A stretch of DNA of 15,814 bases from contig JADGIF010000176.1 of the NCBI GenBank assembly GCA_018985225.1, positions 1 through 15,814 of the forward strand. Reading direction: 5' to 3'. The stretch comes from Amoeboradix gromovi X-113. Lineage: Eukaryota > Fungi > Sanchytriomycota. Under the pieces are notes generated by a model. The model was not told the origin of the DNA. It was given only the letters and a program-made list of their open reading frames with translations, and ran no database searches. A program made the position numbers and the translations under genes. Below, piece by piece: positions 7,633-15,814 of the stretch. The number at the start of each line of letters is the position of its first letter. Position 1 is the stretch's first letter.

Positions 7633-9078
7633 ATGCCCAAGCACGCTATAGCTCTCTCGGATTTTACTTCGAGTGATAAAGCTGCTTCTTTTATGAAAAA
7701 TACAATAATAGAAATATTACAGGTGGATCCAAGCGGATTTTATTATTATGGAGTCGATGATAAAAATCAGGTTGGATGGTTTCCAAAGTCTTGTGTGACT
7801 GATTATGATATACATTCTAGTGCAGATCAGGCTAATACAAAAAACTCTGGATATTCATTAAATGACTCTAATCTTAAAAACACTGAAGGGTTACTTGATT
7901 TCCAACTTGGGACCGACACTGTTGCTCGTAATAAAGACGTTTCAGAGGAGCCTAAAAAGGCTTCTACTCCAAGACCAAGTATTGACGCAATACCGCTAGA
8001 CTTAGAGTTTAAGATTAAAAAACCAGCACCACGAAGACCAAGCTCGGAGTACAGTTCAAATTCCTTGGAATTGGTCCTCGAGAATGAGCCTGCAGTCCGC
8101 AAACCTGCGCCATCTCCACCACGTCAACTATCTTATACGGACACGAATTCGAATACAATCATTTCTGCAGGTTTTATGTCAAAAGAGCAAATGGAACAAT
8201 ATATTTTGCTTCAAAATGTTGGAAGATCTAAAATTTCCACTAATTTAGGAAGCGAACAGGTGTATCAAACTTCATCGATTCCTGGCTCTTTAGGGTTTAT
8301 GTCAAAAGAGCAGATGGAACAATTTGTTCTGATCCAGAATTTAAAGGCAACAGCCGACTCACAGGTCTTCATTGATCATCTTTCCCATGAAACCGTCGTT
8401 AATGCCAATGAAGAATACAGAAATTGCCACGGTAAGAAAAATTTGGCTCCGACATTGTCCTTTGATTCAAAAACTCTAAGTTTACATGGCTTAGAAGAAG
8501 TAAAGCCACAATTTGCTTCTGTTCTTCCTTCTACACCGAAGAGAAAAGCAGCGCCGTCTCTGCCTTCGCTATCAGAGTTAAATTTAGCTACTCCTACCAC
8601 ACTCAATGCAACTGACATACTTGATCCCAATACTTTGAAAACGCAGTCAAATATACAATCGGTTGAGGGGGTGGCATTAAAGGACTCGTATTTGGAGACG
8701 CAGAGGAAGTCAGCAGAAAAATCGGCAGAGATTAGACCGAGGAGAAATGCTACCGTAAAATATGGTATGGGCGACAAAAAAGTATTAAGATATTCTTCTC
8801 AGGACTCCGATCTTTCAGGTGATAGTGAGAGAACCAACACTTATGTGAGAGATAGACCAAAAACCGAATTATTGCAAAAGAACGATTCAGATTTAGATTA
8901 CAAAAAGAAAAATGTTTCTGAGTTGTCATTGATGGAGAAGACAAAAAAGAAAAATATACCTCCTCCTCCAGAAACGGTCAACTGGGCGAGTATGGGATCA
9001 GTTAATAACATTATGATAAATGCGCAAAATTCCAAGAGACTTGAAAGCAAATTAAACTCGGGTCCCACTATTAACTAA
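7633..9078 (+). CDS. SH3-domain protein with a Pro/Ser-rich disordered tail; paralogue of the N-terminal half of the next gene
   Basis: N-terminal SH3 (AIALSDF...SF....I.I...DPSG.YYYG....VGWFPKSCV), PxxPxR motifs and two GFMSKEQMEQ repeats. AATAAA overlaps the stop. Confidence 0.8.
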   Translation: MPKHAIALSDFTSSDKAASFMKNTIIEILQVDPSGFYYYGVDDKNQVGWFPKSCVTDYDIHSSADQANTKNSGYSLNDSNLKNTEGLLDFQLGTDTVARNKDVSEEPKKASTPRPSIDAIPLDLEFKIKKPAPRRPSSEYSSNSLELVLENEPAVRKPAPSPPRQLSYTDTNSNTIISAGFMSKEQMEQYILLQNVGRSKISTNLGSEQVYQTSSIPGSLGFMSKEQMEQFVLIQNLKATADSQVFIDHLSHETVVNANEEYRNCHGKKNLAPTLSFDSKTLSLHGLEEVKPQFASVLPSTPKRKAAPSLPSLSELNLATPTTLNATDILDPNTLKTQSNIQSVEGVALKDSYLETQRKSAEKSAEIRPRRNATVKYGMGDKKVLRYSSQDSDLSGDSERTNTYVRDRPKTELLQKNDSDLDYKKKNVSELSLMEKTKKKNIPPPPETVNWASMGSVNNIMINAQNSKRLESKLNSGPTIN

Positions 9079-9132
9079 TAAATTTTGAAATTAAATTTAG
9101 GTTTCACTATTCTCGAACTCAGCCATCTTGAA

Positions 9133-12074
9133 ATGTTAGATAAGCGCGTAATAGCCCTTTCAGATTTTAAATGCAGTGATGATATAACTTTGTTTTCCAA
9201 AGACTCCATTATATCCGTACTTCAAGAAGATCCCAGTGGTCACTATTATTATGGAAGAGATGAGAAAAATCAAGTTGGGTGGTTTCTAAAATCTGCAGTT
9301 GAGGACTGTAACGATACGGCTAAGAAAATCCAAAATCCAATTGTGACTTCAGGGTTTATGACGAAAGATCAGCTAGATGCATTCAACATGATGCAAGCCC
9401 CGAAAAAAGTAAACGAAGTTGAGTTTGTGCATAATAAAATACCTGAGGTTGTCCAGGAAGCTTACCCCACAATCAAGAAAGCTGCTCCAGGACCACCACC
9501 TGATAGTTACCCCACAATCAAGAAAGCTGCTCCAGGACCACCACCTGATAGCAGTCCAATAATTAAAAAAGTTGCTCCCGTACCACCTTCAGATGGTGTT
9601 ACCACTCCAAAGAAATCTGCACCGCTATCCCCTGTTGAATTTTCGCAGGATCTGAACAACTCATCAGAATCTAACTCAACAAGGAAAGACATGGGGTCTA
9701 GGGATAGCTTGAAAATTAATAAATCCTCAGAATCTATTTCTCAGTATAGCATTCAGAATCCAAGCCAAACACAAAAACCGTTGGTCTCTGCTCAACCTAT
9801 GGTAGGAGCGTTCTACGATGTGCAAGCTAACAGTGTACTCAAGAAAAAGGCACCACCTGCTCCGGGAGCCCCAGGTGAATTATCAAAAAATAGTGACACT
9901 CGATCGAGAAATATTTCTACTCCACCAGTACCCACTCAGAGTACTAGCGAAGAAATCTATGAACTTAAGAAGAAACCCTTGACCTCTGATGTATCTGGTA
10001 ATACAAAGAGGAAAATTTCGGCCCCACCGCCAACATCTATGAATTGGACAAATATGGATGCCATAAACAGTCTAATGCCTTCCTTAGCTGCCTCAAAGGT
10101 GCAAAATCCAGAGCAACAGTTTTCTGCTATCTCAGTTCATTCAGAAAAAGTTCAAGGGGATTTTTCTTCGGAGCATTCATCTACTTTGTCTTCAAGGGAT
10201 ACCACACTTAGTCGACAAGATCAATCCTCTAGCCGAAAACAAACTGGAATTCAGAGTAACTGGTCAGACGCCAATTCTACAAACACTATGAAAAGTGACA
10301 CCAGAAACAGATCTGACTCCAGTGCAAACACTAACACAATGAGTTCCGCAAGACTAAGGTCGGATTCGAGCCTAAAACTTAAAACAAGAACGGCTTCAAG
10401 CGGGAAACAAGCACTGCAACCAATGGACATGAACGAGTTATCATCCTCCAGCAGTCTAACAATAAAGCAAGGTGGAGATGATTGTCTAGGTCCCTCGGTG
10501 AAAAACATTCTGGCTTTGTATGACGACAATAGAACTCAGTCTACAAGAAATCCATTGGATGAATACGCTTCCCGTAATTTTGGATCCGATGAAAAAGGAT
10601 TTACTTTTCAAAAAGTCCCAATCAAAAGGCCAATGCATAAAATTAGTGATACAAATGCTAGAAAAGAAGCCTTAAGTGGATTTGAACATATTCTAATTTA
10701 TTGCGGTGACGCGAATGGAAACAGATATGACGCAGCTAGAAGCCTTGTAGATATCTCCAGAAACAATCTGGTCAGTGACGAGATCATTTGCCAACTATTA
10801 AAACAGACTATAAATAACACCAGCTCAGTTGCTGAATCAACAGTCCGAAGCTGGGCATTGCTGTGCTTAGTTTTGGTTTATTCTGATCCATCTTTAGCAT
10901 TGAAGCAAGTGTTAATTGAGCATATGAAGATAGTTTCTAGATATGAAAAGCCTTTTGACCAGCTCTCTAAAAAATGCTTGGAGAATTTACACCTAGCTGC
11001 AACAGAAACGCCTCGTAAGATGCTGCCTTCAAATTTAGAAATAATAAGTTTTGAGACCAACAAATATTGTATTCCTTTAAAATTAGACTATCCAACCGGG
11101 GTATCAAAATCCTATAACATTACGCCATATACAAAAGGATCTGATTTGCTTACTCAAGCTGCTAAGTATTTATCATTGCCAGACTATCTTGATCATGGAA
11201 TTGCGATTTCTATCGACAACTTAGAAGTTTTGCCTTTATTACCGGAAGAAAAGATATTGGATGTTTGCGCAATAATAGAAAAGATGATTATAGATAAAGA
11301 TGATAAAAAGGTCGAAGCAACCTGGGAATTCTTCAACAGAGCTAGGTTCTGTGTTTTAAGAAAGGTATGGCTCAGGGTTGATCCTTTGTTGTTCAATGAG
11401 ATGGACGAATGGGAGTTGACACAAATATATAATGAAATTCGTCCTAATTTTATCAGCGGAGCATGGCTGGGCCAATTGCAGTTCCAAAAAGAGTATTTAG
11501 AAGTGATGTGCACTCTGGGTGCAACTAGAGCGCTGCTAGAAGGAAAAGGAGAGTCAAACTATGCTTCCTATATGCCAAAGCCGATTGTAGAACTTTATGA
11601 GTCAAGCAATAAAAAAGATAAAAAGAGTGTAGCAATAATATCCCAAGAATTTACGCAGGCTTTAGAAAACCTTAGGTATGTAAAACCATTGCAACTTAGA
11701 CGAGATTTCATTAAAGTCATTCACGAGTGGGATCTCTTCGGATGCAGAGTGTATGAAGTGTTTTTTGAAAGCGACAACAGACTTGCAGGCGATGCATTCC
11801 TCGCTGTTCGCCCAGGTGACGTTTGGTTTTTAGATCTAGAGAGGAAAGCAATTACCACCTTAAAGTATCCAGAAATTCAAAAAATAACACTAGAACAAGG
11901 TGGAAGAGAAGTTGTAATTAAAACCGGAACAGTCGCCCAACAAAGAGTTGTAAGGTTTCAATCTAAACAAAGTTTCGCAATACAAACAGCGTAAAACCAT
12001 ATTAACTTAGAATCGGTGTTTATATCCAACAATTTAAAATAGTAGAAAAGATGAAGAAGAGTCAGCTGTTATGA
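9133..12074 (+). CDS. SH3 / proline-rich / MyTH4-FERM protein with no motor domain. Exons 9133-11990 and 12011-12074, 973 aa
   Basis: SH3 (VIALSDF...VGWF), MyTH4 (IL-YCGD, DEIICQLLKQT-NN, RSWALL, PRKMLPS-LEI) and FERM (LRKVW, W-LFGC-VYEV). The final exon supplies the FERM terminal helix SKQSFAIQTAIGVYIQQF. Start placed at the ATG at 9133 by analogy with the upstream paralogue. Confidence 0.85.
9462..9596 (+). repeat. Coding 45-bp tandem repeat (YPTIKKAAPGPPPDS)
   Basis: 9462-9506 and 9507-9551 are identical. 9552-9596 is a diverged third unit. Confidence 0.95.
11991..12010 (+). other. 20-nt spliceosomal intron in the MyTH4-FERM gene
   Basis: GTAAAACCATATTAACTTAG, phase 2. It contains the apparent stop at 11992-11994, and removal completes the FERM domain. 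Confidence 0.88.
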
Positions 12075-12188
12075 AAGCATTAATAAATAAAAATATATAA
12101 CCACAGAATTGAGATTAGAGATTTTCTAGATTGCCTGGTTTATATTTTGCATGTACCCATCTTCAATATTCTCCGTGAATCACATAAC

Positions 12189-12452
12189 ATGGGTGCCTCT
12201 AACGACTCACTGGATTCTTGCATAGATGATTGCTTATCGCTATTGGAAGAACTAGGAGTAGAGCAAAATCAGAATAATAAGGATAATTTACCCATCTTGT
12301 CTTCATCACAACAAACTACCTTTAATTTATCGTCATTCCAGATGACTCCTGATGATCTGATATCGCACCTCAAATACCAGAAGCTACTAAGATTGCCACC
12401 TCGGACTACGAGCCTAAAAATATCAAAGTCCAAACAAAGCGACTTGCAGTAA
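12189..12452 (+). CDS. Small hypothetical protein, 87 aa
   Basis: ATG-initiated ORF filling a gap in an otherwise tightly packed cluster. It has a helical N-terminus, an LPPRTTSL motif and AGTAAA overlapping the stop. No recognisable family. Confidence 0.5.
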   Translation: MGASNDSLDSCIDDCLSLLEELGVEQNQNNKDNLPILSSSQQTTFNLSSFQMTPDDLISHLKYQKLLRLPPRTTSLKISKSKQSDLQ

Positions 12453-12469
12453 ATAATGTTTTTTGTTAC

Positions 12470-14470
12470 ATGAACAATAATTCTCGCTTCGATGCTTCTG
12501 TCAAAAACAAGTCTGTAGCAGAATATCAAATAACAGCAGAGCATTTAATAAGAGAAGCTTTTGACAATCAAATAAAACTGCCTTTTCTAGATCATAAAAT
12601 AAAAGATGAAGATGAATTTGATCACTTAATTTTCATGAAAAGAAGATTTTTTGAAGACGGTTTGCGCAGATCTAAGACACATATTGGCTTATGGATGAAC
12701 TATGCTACGTTTGAGCTCCAATTGAAAAACTACGATAGGGCGCGAAGTATTTTTGAAAGAGCCTTAGACATTGATTACCGAAATACCAGGATATGGACTA
12801 AATATATCGAAATGGAAATTAGCAATAAACAGTTCAACTACGCTCGCAACCTGTATGAGCGTGTCGTTAGCCTTTTACCTAAAGTTGATCAGTTTTGGCT
12901 GAAGTATATTCAATTGCAAGTGAACCAGAAGCAATTTAAGAGTGTAATGGAACTATACAACAGATGGATTGACAATAAACCTGAACCATATGTATACGGT
13001 AAGGCTTGCCAGTATTTTACGCGCGGTAAGCACTATGACCTAGCACGTAATGTTTTATTTAAACTGGTTGACAATTATCCAATACCAGAATCTTGGAGAA
13101 GGCTGTCTGAATTTGAAGAAAGGAATTCTAGTGCAGCTTCTGCTAGAGGCGTATACGAGAAAGCGTTGCAATTTTACAAAAACGATCCACCACATTCCAT
13201 CTTAATATTCTTTGCTAAATTTGAGCAAAGATGCAAACAGCTAGAAAGATGCAGAGAAATATATAAATATGCTTTAACAAAGTACAAAGACGATCCTTCC
13301 ATATCCAAGCAAATAAGCCAGTCTTTTCAGCAATTTGAATTACAAATTGGTGATCCATCGGGTATTACCACTGCTATAACTTTGGAAAAGTCTCATATGT
13401 TTGAGCAAAAGCTTTTAGTAAAAAACGATGTTGACATATGGCTTGAATATCTAGCAATGGAAGAATCACTGCTCCAGGATCAATTAGATAACTTTCCTGA
13501 ATATGATAAAATACATGAATTAAACGATGTAAACATGAAAAAGAGAGTAGAAAGAATAATTCAGCTGTACAATCGAGCACTTGATATACAACCCGAGCCA
13601 GAAAAACCCAAGTGGAAGCGATTTTCATTTATTTGGATCAAATTCCTGTTGTTTTTAGAGTTAACCTGCAAGGACACAGAATCCACAAAGGAGGCAATTA
13701 TCAGGTGTTTAGATGCAATATCTAATAGGACCTTTACAATAAGCAAACTATGGAATCATGCTGCCTTGTTCTATATCAGGTGTCATTTAGTTGATAAAGC
13801 TAGAATTACATTCCAAAATGCATTGCGGAATCTTCCCACATCTAGAATATATAGATACTATATAGAAATGGAACTTGGGCTGCAAAATATTGATAATGCG
13901 AGGTATTTATACGAATCTATGATTATTTCATTTCCTAACAATATAAACGCATACATTGAATACTCTACGTTTGAATTAGAACTCGATAATATAGAAAGAG
14001 CCAGAAGTGTATTAGAAATAGGGTTGACGCAACGAGTCGATAAGTTGTTGCTGTTTAAAACAATGATTGAACTAGAGCAAGCTTTGGGTAACTTAGACAA
14101 AGTGTTTGATCTGTATGAGAAATTGCTTCAGCACTATGCAACTCCAGAAGTTTGGTCGATGTACTCTCAGTTCAGTAGCATAATAAACGTAGAAAAGGGA
14201 AGGGAAATATTTAAAAGGGGCTACGATGATTTCGAACAACGAGAGCTGGTAGAAGACCGAATATTACTATTAGAATACTGGAAGCAATATGAAATGATGC
14301 ACGGTGATACAGAACATGTGGATAAAGTAATTGGAATGCTGCCCAAATTGGTTAAAACTAAAACGCCGCTTGGGGAAAAATATGAATATATATTTCCTGA
14401 TTCAGGGCAAAATAAGCAAAGCCTTAAGTTACTGGAAATGGCTAAGAACTGGAAAATGGGTAATAAATAG
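12470..14470 (+). CDS. CLF1: Crooked-neck / Clf1 (Syf3) HAT-repeat splicing factor of the NineTeen complex
   Basis: VKNK-----QITAE-L-REA, RR-FED, RARSIFERALD-DYRN--IW-KY-EME, ARNLYER-V-LLPKVDQFW-KY and a C-terminal YEYIFPD---LKLLEMAKNWK. Confidence 0.96.
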   Translation: MNNNSRFDASVKNKSVAEYQITAEHLIREAFDNQIKLPFLDHKIKDEDEFDHLIFMKRRFFEDGLRRSKTHIGLWMNYATFELQLKNYDRARSIFERALDIDYRNTRIWTKYIEMEISNKQFNYARNLYERVVSLLPKVDQFWLKYIQLQVNQKQFKSVMELYNRWIDNKPEPYVYGKACQYFTRGKHYDLARNVLFKLVDNYPIPESWRRLSEFEERNSSAASARGVYEKALQFYKNDPPHSILIFFAKFEQRCKQLERCREIYKYALTKYKDDPSISKQISQSFQQFELQIGDPSGITTAITLEKSHMFEQKLLVKNDVDIWLEYLAMEESLLQDQLDNFPEYDKIHELNDVNMKKRVERIIQLYNRALDIQPEPEKPKWKRFSFIWIKFLLFLELTCKDTESTKEAIIRCLDAISNRTFTISKLWNHAALFYIRCHLVDKARITFQNALRNLPTSRIYRYYIEMELGLQNIDNARYLYESMIISFPNNINAYIEYSTFELELDNIERARSVLEIGLTQRVDKLLLFKTMIELEQALGNLDKVFDLYEKLLQHYATPEVWSMYSQFSSIINVEKGREIFKRGYDDFEQRELVEDRILLLEYWKQYEMMHGDTEHVDKVIGMLPKLVKTKTPLGEKYEYIFPDSGQNKQSLKLLEMAKNWKMGNK

Positions 14471-14480
14471 CATATTTATT

Positions 14481-15597
14481 TTATAACTTTTTGCTCATCG
14501 TGTAGAGTTTCCCTAAACAGAGTGAGTGTAGCTTGCTAGGATAAACGGTTATGGGTATTCTACCAACTAAAGATTTTAAAATCTTTTTGTGAGGGTTAAA
14601 TACAGCTACGAGATCATTTGACTTTTCGTTATCCATTTCAAGGGACAGCTCAAGTGGAATATCAACCTTGACTTTTATAAACCAGTTTAATTCTAATTGC
14701 TTTGACTTAAAGGAGCAGCCGGCTTGAGCAGGAACATGAAGAGCAAATATGATCTTAAGTTGATTCAATCCGTGAAAATACTGAGTATTCCATTGCTGCT
14801 GCTTCACTTTAGAATCAAACGTTTTTTCATCAGCCTCAATAGTCACTTGAATGTTAGAGCAATAGTCATGCAAAGCAATAATTGATCCTACAATAGGTCT
14901 GCCCAGGATGGTAGAAGATTTAAAAATATTAATTTTGGCAATATTAACGTTATCATTTGTTATATAAAAGAACACTATATAAGTAAGAGATACTGGAGTC
15001 ACTATTAGTTACTTGATGCTCAATTTCGTCCAGCCTGTCAAGATCCATTTGATCCATGACATTTTCGTAATCGTCTGGGTTACGAAGAGCGTCAATCATC
15101 TGAACTAGCTTCCGAGGAGACGTAGGTGACAATATACTGTCTATTGCGTGGGTGGAAAAGGTTAAAGGCTGAAAATATGAACCCTTTTGAAAATCATAAT
15201 CATTCAACTCTCCAGTATTTGACGGAAAATAAACAAAAGGTGCTTGCAATTGCTTTGATATATCATTAGTGCTTATGAAAAACACAACCAGCTTGTAAAT
15301 AATCTTGAAAGAATGTCCCTGTGTATAGCTTGGGGGTAAATCAGTGGGCATAACTATAGAAACTTTGCAATTTGAATTATCCATAATATATGGCTTGGAC
15401 GAGTAAAACGTATTGTCCGAATGATAGTAGTAATTTCCTACACCTTTAAGATTGAAAGGCTCTAATGATAACTGCTTGCTGAATACTTCACCAACCAACT
15501 GAAATATGCAAAGTTCAAGGTCATGCTCATGTATGATCTTAAATTTAAGCTTCTCGTTTGAGAACACGCATATTTGGTTATCAAATATTACACTCAT
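14481..15597 (-). CDS. RGP1: Rgp1-like subunit of the Ric1-Rgp1 Rab6/Ypt6 GEF. Exons 15597-14994 and 14974-14481, 365 aa
   Basis: PTDLPPSY--G-SFKIIYKL-V, Y-I------IAKI-I-KS---LG-PI-G, P-----SF-S----L-W and a terminal RIPITVYP. The two ORFs join in frame via a 19-nt intron. Confidence 0.75.
14975..14993 (-). other. 19-nt spliceosomal intron in the RGP1-like gene
   Basis: Minus strand GTATCTCTTACTTATATAG, phase 1. It joins ...NSDS to MFFYITNDN in frame. Confidence 0.85.
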
Positions 15598-15657
15598 AGG
15601 TTAAAAAGAAATGCTTTACTGTTTCAAAGCTTGTTTGAGACATTAGAGACATCAGAT

Positions 15658-15814
15658 GGGACACCAAATATAAAAACTAGACTAACTCGTTTTTAAAGGT
15701 GCTCCATACGCAGGAAATGCTATCATTAATAAAAGATCTTCTATTATACCAATTTTCTTTCATTGATTGTATTCCTCTTTTTAAAATAAAACTAGATATG
15801 AGGTCTTTGAGCAA
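15658..15814. mobile_element. Second copy of the MITE (left part, runs off the window)
   Basis: Same left TIR and near-identical interior to 5083-5262, with a few substitutions and a deletion of about 20 bp. Similarity starts abruptly at the TIR. Confidence 0.9.

Noticed and set aside
1256-14100. Numerous 60-130 aa antisense ORFs nested in the large genes
   Set aside because: Shadow frames of well-supported genes with no independent evidence.

Overview
A gene-dense, AT-rich eukaryotic nuclear window, most likely from a compact early-diverging fungus or close relative. That placement is an inference from a fungal-type Ste11, a Pet112-type GatB and a MyTH4-FERM protein. Host genes are mitochondrial GatB, Ste11 MAPKKK, Puf6, two tandem SH3 paralogues (the second with MyTH4-FERM), a small orphan ORF, Clf1/crooked-neck and Rgp1. 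Three of these genes are interrupted by ultra-short 19-20 nt GT-AG introns whose removal restores conserved protein sequence. Several intergenic gaps are only 9-54 nt, and AATAAA overlaps or abuts most stop codons. Two accessory islands hold mobile or decayed DNA. The first (about 150-510) is a tandemly duplicated TnpB/Fanzor C-terminal remnant followed by a putative omegaRNA/right-end region. The second (about 4000-6030) holds a possible PARP-like relic, a 511-bp MITE with 31-bp TIRs (second copy at the window end), and a detached, diverged copy of the putative Fanzor omegaRNA region just upstream of PUF6. All alignments were done by hand; no database search was run.
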